Source: Candidatus Bathyarchaeia archaeon
Lineage (GTDB): Archaea > Thermoproteota > Bathyarchaeia > Bathyarchaeales > Bathycorpusculaceae
Assembly: GCA_038727135.1 (NCBI GenBank)
Contig: JAVYWL010000001.1
Coordinates: 416,001-480,000, forward strand
Length of the DNA: 64,000 bases
Direction of reading: 5' to 3'
Made by a program: the position numbers and the translations under genes. Under the pieces are notes generated by a model. It saw only the letters and a list, made by a program, of their open reading frames with translations. It was not told the DNA's origin and made no database searches. The number at the start of each line of letters is the position of its first letter. Within the stretch, counting starts at the first letter, position 1. Shown piece by piece: positions 19,053 through 28,765 of this stretch.

Positions 19053-20009
19053 TTAATGTTTAAAGCGTGTACCAAACTTCTTAACGACGAGTTTTGCGAC
19101 GGCGGCGTCTTGTATTGCCAGACCAACAGCCTTAAAGATTGTTATTTCCTTATTGTCAGTTCGTCCGGGTTTTTTGTGTGTAACGATTTCGCCTAAATCG
19201 GCGTAAATGTGTTCTTCCGTGATGGCTCCTTCTTTGATGGGTATTATTATGTCGCCAGCCTCTTCTAATGCTGCCCTTTTCAGGTCTACGACAACCTTTG
19301 ATTTTACTATGGTTTCTGTGTCCAGCTCTCTAGCGTGTGGGTAATATGAGCCTATGGCGTTGATGTGGGTCCCTTCCCCTATCCATTCGCCTTTGACCAC
19401 CGGGTCAGCGGATGTTGTGGCTGTTATTATTATGTCGACATCTTTAACAGCGTCGACGGGTGAATTTACAGGTGTCACGTCTACGCCTAGTCTTTTGGAC
19501 ATCTCATCGGCGAAAGTTCTTTTTGCATTTTCTATTTTGTCGTATGCGTAAACTTTCTCTATGTCTCTAACTTCTTTAACAGCCCACAATTGAGTTCTGC
19601 CTTGCACCCCACAGCCTATTATTCCAACCTTCCTTGAGTCTTTCCGCGCCAGATATTTTGTGGCAACTCCGCTGACTGCTCCCGTTCTAATTGCGGTTAA
19701 GTATGTGGCATCCATCACAGCGGTTACTTTTCCTGTTTCCAAGTCGTAAACCAAGAGAGTGGCTACTGTTGTTGGAAGATTATACTTCACGTTATTCGGG
19801 AATATTCCAAAAACCTTTGTGACGGCTATTTTTGTCTCTTCTAAGTATGCGCTCATTTGGGAGATGCTTCCATTTTTCAACATGAGGGTTGTTCGTTCCG
19901 GCAGAATTGCCTTTCCCAAATATAGCTCTTTAAAGGCTTCTTCGACGGCGTCTATGGCCTCTTGCATAGTTATGAGACGTTGTATGTCAGCGTCGCTCAG
20001 AAAAAGCAT
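19053..20009 (-). CDS. Ornithine cyclodeaminase / mu-crystallin family protein (alanine dehydrogenase or ketimine reductase-like)
   Basis: LTAIRTGAVSGVATKYLAR, IIGCGVQG, HINAIGS, FKAVGLAIQD; start taken at ATG 20009. Confidence 0.9.
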   Translation of the reverse strand: MLFLSDADIQRLITMQEAIDAVEEAFKELYLGKAILPERTTLMLKNGSISQMSAYLEETKIAVTKVFGIFPNNVKYNLPTTVATLLVYDLETGKVTAVMDATYLTAIRTGAVSGVATKYLARKDSRKVGIIGCGVQGRTQLWAVKEVRDIEKVYAYDKIENAKRTFADEMSKRLGVDVTPVNSPVDAVKDVDIIITATTSADPVVKGEWIGEGTHINAIGSYYPHARELDTETIVKSKVVVDLKRAALEEAGDIIIPIKEGAITEEHIYADLGEIVTHKKPGRTDNKEITIFKAVGLAIQDAAVAKLVVKKFGTRFKH

Positions 20010-20023
20010 TGGGAAATTGGCAC

Positions 20024-21031
20024 CTAGCTCAGTAGGAAGCCATATTTTATCGGGTCGTCTCTTTCTAGTATGCATTGTTGTAAACCTATTATGTATGCCC
20101 TTGCAGAGAGCTTTGGCACTACCGCTTTATATTTGCCGACTTTTGTCTCCCGGCAGATTTCGCCAATCATTGTTAAGTCTGGATGGACTAGGCTTTCGAC
20201 GATTAGGCGCTCTCCCACCTTAAATTTTCCTTTAGCCCAAAGCGTGGCTAACTTGGCGCTTACTGAAGTTCCGGCTGGTGAAACACATATTGTGTCCGCG
20301 TAGACATTTGCGTGTCTGGTGTTGTGTTCGGGTTTAATGGGTTTGGCTGAGAAGGTTACAAGTTCAATTTTGTTTAATTCTGGGTTTTCCGGGTGCTCCA
20401 CTTTTATTTGCTTGTTTGCCGCATTAAGTATTTTCATGCCAACTTGGATTAGTTCACGTGCATTTTCCGGCTTAACTTGGACGCCGACATCATCTGGGTC
20501 AACAAATACGTAGTAAAGCCCACCGAAAGCTACGTCCACGTTGATTTCGCCGATATCTGGAACCTTAACTTTCTTTGCGCCTTCATAGAAGGATGGGATG
20601 CCTTCAAAGGATATTTCCTGGACTTCGCCATTCTCAACTTTTGCCTCCACCTTAACGAGTCCTGCGGCGGTGTCAAGGGTTATTTCTGTTATTGGTTCTT
20701 TAACTTCAACCATTCCCTGTTCAATTAAGACTTTTGTCACGCTGAATGTGCTGTCTCCACAAGAGTTGAAGTAGCCGCCGGTATATGTAAATATCACACC
20801 ATAATCTGCCTTTGGATTGGCTGGTTCGGTGATTATAGCGCCCAATATTCCCGAGAAGCCTCTCGGCTGCATCATTAGGGCTTTTCTCCAGCTGTCAAGA
20901 TGCTCTTTACAGTACTGCGTCTTCTCCCACATTGTTTTACCTGGAATCCGTGGGAAGCCGCTCACAACAACCTTGGTTGTTTCACCAGAAGAATGAGTTT
21001 CAACAACCGTTATCACTTTTCCAACCTTCAT
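20024..21031 (-). CDS. Proline racemase superfamily protein with non-canonical active site
   Basis: H-SSGE, LMMQPRG, SCGD, LDTAAGLV, DVAFGGLYY, SPAGTSVSAKLA; start taken at ATG 21031. Confidence 0.85.
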   Translation of the reverse strand: MKVGKVITVVETHSSGETTKVVVSGFPRIPGKTMWEKTQYCKEHLDSWRKALMMQPRGFSGILGAIITEPANPKADYGVIFTYTGGYFNSCGDSTFSVTKVLIEQGMVEVKEPITEITLDTAAGLVKVEAKVENGEVQEISFEGIPSFYEGAKKVKVPDIGEINVDVAFGGLYYVFVDPDDVGVQVKPENARELIQVGMKILNAANKQIKVEHPENPELNKIELVTFSAKPIKPEHNTRHANVYADTICVSPAGTSVSAKLATLWAKGKFKVGERLIVESLVHPDLTMIGEICRETKVGKYKAVVPKLSARAYIIGLQQCILERDDPIKYGFLLS

Positions 21032-21141
21032 ACAGATTCCCCGCACGGAGATGACTGTTAAGGGTATGTTGAATATAAAAATCTTGAGCATAAAATTTTA
21101 AAGGTTTAGGAGAAGATATGCGTGCTAAGTGGTGACACGAA

Positions 21142-22980
21142 ATGTATGGATGGAACGGCAGAATTTTAAGGATAAACCTTTCAAAGAAAAAAGTTGAAGT
21201 CGAAGAGTACAACGCTGATTTTGCATTAAAATATATTGGTGGAAGAGGCTTCGCCGCTAAAATCCTCTTCGACGAATTAAAACCGGGAATTGATCCTCTT
21301 GGTCCTGAAAACAAGCTTATAGTTGCCGCTGGTCCGCTGACAGGTCTTCCGGGACCAAGTTTGGGGAAGCTGGTTATAGCCGCTAAAAGCCCGCTTACTG
21401 GGGGTTATGGGGATGGAAATGCTGGAACCATGGCTGCTGTTCAAATGCGCAGAGCTGGATTTGACGCCTTAGTTGTTGATGGAAAAACTGAGAAACCAGT
21501 TTATATTTACGTGGAAGAGGAGAAGGGCTACATTTTAAGCGCAGATGGCTTGTGGGGCAAGACAACTTTTGAGGCAGAGAAGGAGCTTAAAGAGGTGCAT
21601 GGAAAGGACGTTGGAGTACTCGTCATAGGACCCGGCGGGGAAAACATAGTTAGATACGCAACAGTTGTTTCACAAGAGGGACGTGCTGGCGGTAGACCAG
21701 GAATGGGTGCTGTTATGGGTTCTAAAAAGGTTAAGGCCATAGTCTTTAAAGGAACAAAAGACATCCCTTTGGCAGATCCTGAGAGTTACAATAAGCTTGT
21801 TAAGGAAGCTTATGACGATATCAAGAGCAGAGATTATTATAGTTTCTGGATAAGACAGGGAACAATGGCAACGATAGATTGGGCTAATGAAAACGGCGTC
21901 TTGCCCACCTATAACTTTAGAGAAGGCATCTTTGAATTTGGCAATCTTATCAACGGGTTTGCAATGGAGGCGGCTAAGGTTAAACGCAGAGGATGCCCCT
22001 ACTGCAATATGGCGTGTGGAAACGTTGTCCTCGACTGCGAAGGAAGGGAGTCTGAGCTGGACTACGAGAATGTCGCCATGCTGGGCTCAAATATCGGATT
22101 GGGGCATCTTGGAAAAGTCTCTGTTCTAAACAGGATTGCAGATGAACTGGGCATAGACACCATTTCTTTGGGCAACACCATAGGATTCGCAATGGAAGCA
22201 ACCGAGAAAGGACTGATTAAAGACGGAGTGGAATGGGGAGACTTTGAAAAAGTAAAAGCCCTAATTTACGATATTGCATACCGACGGGGGGAGCTAGGAA
22301 ACCTATTAGCTGAAGGAGTTATGCGAATAAGTCAAAAACTCGGTGGAGACTCGCAAAACTGGGCTATGCATGTTAAGGGGCTGGAAGCATCAGCTTATGA
22401 CTGCCACACGGTCCCCGGGATGGCCCTTGCCTTTGCAACATCTTCTATAGGGGCTCACCATAAAGAGGCTTGGGTCATTGCGTGGGAAATAAGAACGGAC
22501 AGGGAAGGATACACGGAGGCCAAAGTGAATAAGGTAATAGAGTTCCAGAGGATAAGGGGAGGAATGTTCGAATCCCTTGTTGCATGCCGCCTCCCATGGA
22601 TTGAGCTCGGCTTCCAGCTGGAGTGGTACCAGAGGCTTATGAAAGCGGCTACTGGCATGGAAGTAACCCTTGAAGACATGCTTTACAACGTGGCTGATAG
22701 AATATACGCCCTAATAAGGGCCTTCTGGGTAAGGGAATTCGGCCAAAACTGGAGCCGCCTAATGGATTATCCGCCAAAACGCTGGTTCACAGAGCCCATA
22801 ACGAAGGGTCCCCACAAGGGGAAAATGCTTGATCAAACAAGGTTTGATATGCTTCTTGACATGTATTATGCGAAACGCGGATGGGATAAGAGGGGGATAC
22901 CAATGCTGACAACTTTTGAGAGGCTTGGCTTAAAGGATGTGGCGCAACAACTATCGAAAACTGTCGCTTTAACTCAGTAA
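21142..22980 (+). CDS. aor: Tungsten-dependent aldehyde:ferredoxin oxidoreductase
   Basis: [65 protein letters not shown]. Confidence 0.93.
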   Translation: MYGWNGRILRINLSKKKVEVEEYNADFALKYIGGRGFAAKILFDELKPGIDPLGPENKLIVAAGPLTGLPGPSLGKLVIAAKSPLTGGYGDGNAGTMAAVQMRRAGFDALVVDGKTEKPVYIYVEEEKGYILSADGLWGKTTFEAEKELKEVHGKDVGVLVIGPGGENIVRYATVVSQEGRAGGRPGMGAVMGSKKVKAIVFKGTKDIPLADPESYNKLVKEAYDDIKSRDYYSFWIRQGTMATIDWANENGVLPTYNFREGIFEFGNLINGFAMEAAKVKRRGCPYCNMACGNVVLDCEGRESELDYENVAMLGSNIGLGHLGKVSVLNRIADELGIDTISLGNTIGFAMEATEKGLIKDGVEWGDFEKVKALIYDIAYRRGELGNLLAEGVMRISQKLGGDSQNWAMHVKGLEASAYDCHTVPGMALAFATSSIGAHHKEAWVIAWEIRTDREGYTEAKVNKVIEFQRIRGGMFESLVACRLPWIELGFQLEWYQRLMKAATGMEVTLEDMLYNVADRIYALIRAFWVREFGQNWSRLMDYPPKRWFTEPITKGPHKGKMLDQTRFDMLLDMYYAKRGWDKRGIPMLTTFERLGLKDVAQQLSKTVALTQ

Positions 22981-22996
22981 CCTTTTCATTTTTAAA

Positions 22997-24784
22997 TTAG
23001 ATGTTTGGGTTTTCGAAGGCTGTTATTATCCATTTTTCTCCACGTTTTTCAATTTGTAAAGTCACAATGTGATCTTTTTCTGTTGCCATTAACTTGTTCC
23101 ACTGGATTGCTGGAAGATCCTTTGGGGTTGCCTCCACCCACTCGTATGTGGCGTTATCCAAGCGAAGAACTATGTGAGTTGTTCCATCCTCCACATACTC
23201 ATACTTGCCCAAAACCTTGGCGCTAACTTTTATTTCAGTTATAACTCCAAAGAGTTTTAGGAATTCCAGCCGAGTGCTGCGTACAAGCTGTTCACTTGTC
23301 ATGCCCTCCTCGTGCATCTTTATTGCTATTCTACTTGTCTCCTCTGCATCGACTATGGCAAAACCCGCAAGATAGATGGTTTCCTCTTTCCCTGCGGCTT
23401 CGCGCCAGTAAATGGGTACATACCATGCAAGTCGATAGTTGCCAGGTGATATTTGCACTGGATATAGGAGAGGCATCTCAGCGTCGTACATGCCTGCAGC
23501 GGGTTTAGGAAGTCTTCCCTCAACGAGGTCTTCTGCTGTCATGCCTGAGATGTAATTGGCTTGCCTAAAATCGTAGAAGAATATGCTGTTTCTTGTGGCT
23601 TTAAAAACGCCAGAAAGGGTCCGTTTATTGCCAATAGGGTTCACACAGATTAAGGCTACAACATCACCTGTTTCCGGGTCTACGATGTAGCGTGTGTCCT
23701 CCGTCATTTCGAAGCGTTCTCGGCTGGGCGGGATAAGCCACAAAAAGCCTCCAGCCCAGTAGTCAAAGCCTGCGCCTCTTCTGAAGTTTCCCATCTCGTT
23801 TATCATTTCTTCAAGCCAGTCTTCATCGTAGACTTGCGTAACCCAGTTAGGCATCTGAAGTAGCGACTCCGCTTGCGGGTAGAGGTTTCCCTTTTCATCA
23901 TAGATTATTGGGGTTTCATAGCGCCTTATTAGGTCAAAGCCGACACTATAGCGGGTTACAACGTACACTGTTTCGTTTGTTTCAAAATTCCATGTTATGT
24001 AAGCGACGCCGTAACGCTTTGACATGTCATTTATGTAGGAGCGGAAGTGGATGTTATGATCAAACCATAAGGATTCGCCGACGGCAAATTCCCTTTTCAA
24101 AATTTTAGGGGGCGCCAATGGATCTGTAGCGTCTATTATCACAAAACCCTTCACATAGTTCTCAGCTATAACGTTTGTTGAGCCTATGACGGCAACCCAG
24201 ACCAGTTTGCCTTCCGGGGTTTTTGTGATGTGGCATCCCAAAACTTGGGTGTTACTTCCAAACTCTGACATGTGACGTCGGGCTACTGAAATGGCAAGAT
24301 CCTCAGTTACGAGGCGCACCATGTTGTCTGGAATTTCGGTATTGAAGGGCAATCCAGACCCCATATGGATAAAGTTGTTAAAGTATGCGGCGTTAGCTAC
24401 CCTCTGAACCTGCCAAAAGACAACCATTGTGGAAGCTGCAAGCAAGTAAACTAGAAACAAGATGCCCAAAAGCCCCGCCCCAGTCCTTAACGAAATTTTC
24501 CACGGTAAACGCCTATGAGGATAATAATAGTTCCTTTCAGCTTTCTCTAAATCGATGGGTTTTATGGAAAAGGCAGACTCCACAAAGGCGACAAACATTC
24601 TAAGGAGAATAAGGAGATAAATGAAAACGCTTAATGGAGTCTGAAAAAACTGGATTATGAAGAATAGAAATAAGCCTAAAAAAAGCGAAATTATCCTTCT
24701 AGATTTTCTCCAGCTATCTTTCCGCGGGGGCATTGGAATATACCACACTATTGCCCAAATTAAAAGGAATGCGAAGAGATTCAC
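22997..24784 (-). CDS. Hypothetical membrane protein (N-terminal TM helices, large extramembrane domain)
   Basis: 595 aa ORF with about four hydrophobic segments in the first 125 aa. Confidence 0.75.
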   Translation of the reverse strand: MNLFAFLLIWAIVWYIPMPPRKDSWRKSRRIISLFLGLFLFFIIQFFQTPLSVFIYLLILLRMFVAFVESAFSIKPIDLEKAERNYYYPHRRLPWKISLRTGAGLLGILFLVYLLAASTMVVFWQVQRVANAAYFNNFIHMGSGLPFNTEIPDNMVRLVTEDLAISVARRHMSEFGSNTQVLGCHITKTPEGKLVWVAVIGSTNVIAENYVKGFVIIDATDPLAPPKILKREFAVGESLWFDHNIHFRSYINDMSKRYGVAYITWNFETNETVYVVTRYSVGFDLIRRYETPIIYDEKGNLYPQAESLLQMPNWVTQVYDEDWLEEMINEMGNFRRGAGFDYWAGGFLWLIPPSRERFEMTEDTRYIVDPETGDVVALICVNPIGNKRTLSGVFKATRNSIFFYDFRQANYISGMTAEDLVEGRLPKPAAGMYDAEMPLLYPVQISPGNYRLAWYVPIYWREAAGKEETIYLAGFAIVDAEETSRIAIKMHEEGMTSEQLVRSTRLEFLKLFGVITEIKVSAKVLGKYEYVEDGTTHIVLRLDNATYEWVEATPKDLPAIQWNKLMATEKDHIVTLQIEKRGEKWIITAFENPNI

Positions 24785-24941
24785 AACAAATCACCTTACC
24801 TAAATTTTACCACGCCTTGCTTGAAAGGTTTTGCCATCTCTGCCACACAACACAAAAGTCGTTAATTTAGGCAAAACTCTTAATACCCCATTAAAGCCCC
24901 CCTAAATGCAAGAGTATTAAATCCTTTGAACGGGTGCCGAA

Positions 24942-26078
24942 ATGGATAGCAAAAATGGGACAAGAACCTTCCTACAAGGAAGCGAGGCATGCGTTGAGGC
25001 CGCGCTAATTGTCGGCTGCAGGTTTTTCGCTGGCTACCCTATATCGCCAGCTAATGAAATTGCTGAGCATATGGCGGCACGTCTTCCAAAAGTTGGCGGC
25101 ATATTCCTACAAATGGAGGATGAATTGGCTTCCATGGGGGCTGTTGTTGGCGCGAGCTGGTGCGGTGTTAAGGCTATGACTGCCACTTCTGGTCCAGGGT
25201 TTAGTTTGATGCAGGAAACCATAGGCTGGGCTTTTATGACTGAAACACCATGCGTGATCATTGACGTCCAGAGGGTTGGTCCCGGCACTGGGCAGGCGAC
25301 TAAATGTGCACAGGGCGATGTTATGCAGGCTCGCTGGGGAACCCATGGCGATTACATGGCTATTTCGCTGTGCCCTAATTCCGTCCAGGAAATTTTTGAA
25401 CTTACCATTAGGGCGTTTAACCTTGCAGAAAAATATCGCACTCCAGTCACTTTGCTTACGGATGAGACTACAGTGCATCTCCGGGAGCATTTGGTTATAC
25501 CGCCCTTGGAAAGCATAGAAGTAGTTAACCGCAAAAAGCCCCAAGCTGGAGAGCAAGTTTTCTTCGGCTTGGAAAGTGTGGCGCCCATGCCGTCCATAGG
25601 CGAAGGGTTTAATGTGGCTGTTACCGGCTCAACCCACGACGAGAAGGGGGTTAGGTTTACCGCCGATCCAATGGTGCATAGGCGGGTGATAGAGGCAATT
25701 AACAACAAGATAAGGAAAAATGTCGACGACATTGTGGAGGTGGAAAGCCACAACATTGAAGATTGCAAGGTAGGCATAGTAGCCTACGGCATCACTTCAA
25801 GGGCAATCTACGAGGCTGTTGAAGAAGCTGAGAAACATGGCGTAAAAGTTGGCTATGTCCGCCTAAAAACCATTTGGCCTTTCCCGGAAAAACCGGTGCA
25901 AAGGCTTGCGGAAAACGCCGAAAAAATAATTGTGCCAGAAATGAATTTGGGGCAAATAGTCAACGAGGTTAAGAGGGTTGCAGGCTGCACAGCGGTTGTT
26001 CCACTTAACAAGATAGGCGGCGGCGAACTGATCACACCAGAAGAAATTTTGGAAAAAATTCTGAAGGAGGCAAAATAA
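24942..26078 (+). CDS. korA: 2-oxoacid:ferredoxin oxidoreductase alpha subunit
   Basis: FAGYPISPA, QMEDELAS, TATSGPGFSLM, QRVGPGTG, PEMNLGQ. Confidence 0.92.
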   Translation: MDSKNGTRTFLQGSEACVEAALIVGCRFFAGYPISPANEIAEHMAARLPKVGGIFLQMEDELASMGAVVGASWCGVKAMTATSGPGFSLMQETIGWAFMTETPCVIIDVQRVGPGTGQATKCAQGDVMQARWGTHGDYMAISLCPNSVQEIFELTIRAFNLAEKYRTPVTLLTDETTVHLREHLVIPPLESIEVVNRKKPQAGEQVFFGLESVAPMPSIGEGFNVAVTGSTHDEKGVRFTADPMVHRRVIEAINNKIRKNVDDIVEVESHNIEDCKVGIVAYGITSRAIYEAVEEAEKHGVKVGYVRLKTIWPFPEKPVQRLAENAEKIIVPEMNLGQIVNEVKRVAGCTAVVPLNKIGGGELITPEEILEKILKEAK

Positions 26079-26080
26079 GA

Positions 26081-26911
26081 ATGAGCGAAAGAACATTTTC
26101 ACCTAGCAACTATTTGAGGTCGGGATTACGTTTTCCTTTCTGCCCGGGCTGCGGTTTATACGCTTTAAGCGACGCATTTTTAAGGGCTGTTTTTGAGCTT
26201 GGCTACGACGATTTTAGAAGGTTCTGTTTTGTCAGCGGGATTGGCTGCTCTTCGTGGATACCTTCGCCCTACTATTTGGCGGATTCCGTCCACACGTTAC
26301 ATGGAAGAAGCATACCAGTGGCTACAAGTATAAAGCTTCTACGACCTGAACTCCATGTTGTCGTTTTCGGCGGTGATGGAGACATCGTCGGGATTGGCAT
26401 GGGACACTTCATACATGCGGCAAGGAGAAACACCGACATCCTCGTCATAATGGGCAACAATATGATTTATGGCATGACCGGCGGCCAAGTAGCCCCTACA
26501 ACACCTTTAAAGACGAGGACAACCACAACTCCTTATGGAAGTTTTGAGCATCCGTTGGACGCCGCCAAACTTGCAGCTGTGGCCGGAGCCAACTACTCAG
26601 CGAGGTGGACAACCGCCCATCCAAAAGAGCTTAAAGAATGTTTTAAGAAGGCGCTTCAAATGGACGGTTTCAGATTCGTCGAGGTTGTCACCCAATGCCC
26701 AACAGCCTATGGCAGAAGAGCTGGATTCAAAGATATTGGAGAAATGCTGAAGTGGTTTAGGGAAAACGCCATTTCAGTGGTGGAGGCGGAGAAAATGGGC
26801 GAAGAAGAGCTGGAAGGTAAAATTGTTGTTGGCGAGTTCATCCAGAGGAGAAGGCTGACCCTTGTTGAAAGTGTTTATGCTGTTTTGAAGGAAGCGCGGA
26901 AAAATGCCTAA
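26081..26911 (+). CDS. korB: 2-oxoacid:ferredoxin oxidoreductase beta subunit
   Basis: FCPGCG, SGIGCS, TLHGR, GGDGD, NNMIYGMTGGQ, TQCPT. Confidence 0.93.
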   Translation: MSERTFSPSNYLRSGLRFPFCPGCGLYALSDAFLRAVFELGYDDFRRFCFVSGIGCSSWIPSPYYLADSVHTLHGRSIPVATSIKLLRPELHVVVFGGDGDIVGIGMGHFIHAARRNTDILVIMGNNMIYGMTGGQVAPTTPLKTRTTTTPYGSFEHPLDAAKLAAVAGANYSARWTTAHPKELKECFKKALQMDGFRFVEVVTQCPTAYGRRAGFKDIGEMLKWFRENAISVVEAEKMGEEELEGKIVVGEFIQRRRLTLVESVYAVLKEARKNA

Positions 26912-27431
26912 AAAAATTGAAATTATAATTGGTGGACATGGCGGTCAAGGCGTCGTCTTAGCAGGGCAAATCTTGGGCAAAGCAGCTGCCCTTGAAGGGA
27001 AGAACGTTGTGCAAACCCAAAGTTACGGTGCAGAAGCCCGTGGAAGCCTAGCAAAAAGCGAAGTAATAATCTCCGACAGCCGAATAGGTTTCCCAGCAGT
27101 CCGAAGATGCGATGTGCTTGTGGCTATGAACCAAGAGTCCCTTGACAAATACCTATCCCTCTTGAAAGATGATGGTACACTAATAGTTGACAGCAGCATC
27201 GAAAAAATCCCAGAAGTAAAAGCCAAAATATATAAGGTGCCAGCTGTTGAAACAGCCAAAAAAGCCTTTGGAGAAAGCCTTTTCGCTAACATGGTCATCC
27301 TAGGTGCACTAACAAAAATAACACAGCTGTTTAGCGTTGAATCTATGGAAAAGAGTATAAGAGAAAGTGTTTCAGAAAAAACATTGGAAACAAACTTGAA
27401 CGCTTTTAGAAAAGGCTTGCAGCTTGTTTAG
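26904..27431 (+). CDS. korC: 2-oxoacid:ferredoxin oxidoreductase gamma subunit
   Basis: GHGGQGVVLAG, QSYGAEARG, NMVILGA. Confidence 0.92.
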   Translation: MPKKIEIIIGGHGGQGVVLAGQILGKAAALEGKNVVQTQSYGAEARGSLAKSEVIISDSRIGFPAVRRCDVLVAMNQESLDKYLSLLKDDGTLIVDSSIEKIPEVKAKIYKVPAVETAKKAFGESLFANMVILGALTKITQLFSVESMEKSIRESVSEKTLETNLNAFRKGLQLV

Positions 27432-27502
27432 ACAATAGAAGGTTTGCCGAACCTTCAAAATAAGTTTTATATGCCTTCAACTGTTTAGGTTAGGCTTAAA
27501 AG

Positions 27503-28729
27503 GTGAATGTTATGGTGGATTTCAGCTTCACCGAAGAGCAGGAACTTTTCCGCAAAGCTGTCCGCGAGTGGTGCCAAAAAGAACTGCCGTTGGAAAAGGT
27601 TAGGGAAATGGACAGCAAAGGCGAAATTCCAAGGGAAATAATCAAGGGCTTGGCTGATTTAGGGCTCCTCTTGATGACTGTGCCAGAAGAACATGGCGGA
27701 GCAGGTGCCGACTGGGTTACGACCTGCATTGCAGCCGAGGAGTTGGGCTATGCCGACATAAGCATTGCAGTGCCAGTGCTCTTCCTAGTTGAGGCTTCAT
27801 GGGGCTTCGTAACCGACAAGTACTGCACAGAACAAGTCCGAGAAGAAGTCATAAGAAAAGCCGCTAGAGGCGAAGCCTTCATAGGCATAGCCTCAACAGA
27901 AGCTGGCGGAGGCTCAGATGTTGCAGCTATAAAGTCAACAGGCACAAAAGACGGGGATCACTGGATCTTGAACGGGGAGAAGACCTACATAAGCGGAACA
28001 GAAGAAGCGAAAAAACTGGGCGGAGGACACTTTACGCTAGTTAGAACCGCGCCGCCGCCTCCCGGAGCAGCCCACCGAGGCATGACAGCCTTCTACCTAC
28101 CAATAAATGCGCCAGGCGTGGAGGTTGGCAAACGCTTCGAGGAGATGGGGCGCATGGCAATTTCAACAGGAAGCATAGTTATGGACAATGTTAAGCTTTC
28201 CGATGCCTATCGCATAGGCGAAGAGGGAAGGGGCTTCTACCTAACAATGGAGGGCTTTGATAATGCAAGACTGCTGATAGGCGCCACCTGTTTGGGTGCT
28301 GCCCAAAGAGCCTTGGAACTTGGAATGAATTACATTAAGGAGAGGAAAGCCTTTGGAAACCCCATTGGCAAGTATGAAGGCATCCAGTTTGACTTGGCTG
28401 ACATGTGGGCTGAACTTGAGGCTTTAAGGTCTCTTGTCTACCGCACAGCGTGGATGAACGACGAAAAGTATAAGCGGGGACGCTTCACACCACTAGAAGT
28501 CACAAAATATATTTCAGCGGTTAAGCTGAGGGTTCCGCCCTTCGCCTTCAAAGTTTTTGAGCATGTCCTCCTATGGATGGGGGCATGGGGCTACACAAAA
28601 GACTGCCCACTAGAGATGGGACTACGGGGCATAATGTCCTACTATATAGGGGCTGAGGGCGCTATGAACATCCAAAGAATAATCATAGCCAGAGAACTGC
28701 TAGGCAGAGATTACATACCATACAAATAA
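27503..28729 (+). CDS. Acyl-CoA dehydrogenase
   Basis: FTEEQELFR, STEAGGGSD, LNGEKTYIS, GEEGRGF, RKAFGNPI, GAEGAMNIQR. Confidence 0.93.
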   Translation: MNVMVDFSFTEEQELFRKAVREWCQKELPLEKVREMDSKGEIPREIIKGLADLGLLLMTVPEEHGGAGADWVTTCIAAEELGYADISIAVPVLFLVEASWGFVTDKYCTEQVREEVIRKAARGEAFIGIASTEAGGGSDVAAIKSTGTKDGDHWILNGEKTYISGTEEAKKLGGGHFTLVRTAPPPPGAAHRGMTAFYLPINAPGVEVGKRFEEMGRMAISTGSIVMDNVKLSDAYRIGEEGRGFYLTMEGFDNARLLIGATCLGAAQRALELGMNYIKERKAFGNPIGKYEGIQFDLADMWAELEALRSLVYRTAWMNDEKYKRGRFTPLEVTKYISAVKLRVPPFAFKVFEHVLLWMGAWGYTKDCPLEMGLRGIMSYYIGAEGAMNIQRIIIARELLGRDYIPYK

Positions 28730-28765
28730 TCCTTGTTTCTACCATTATGAAGTAAGGCTGCCTTA

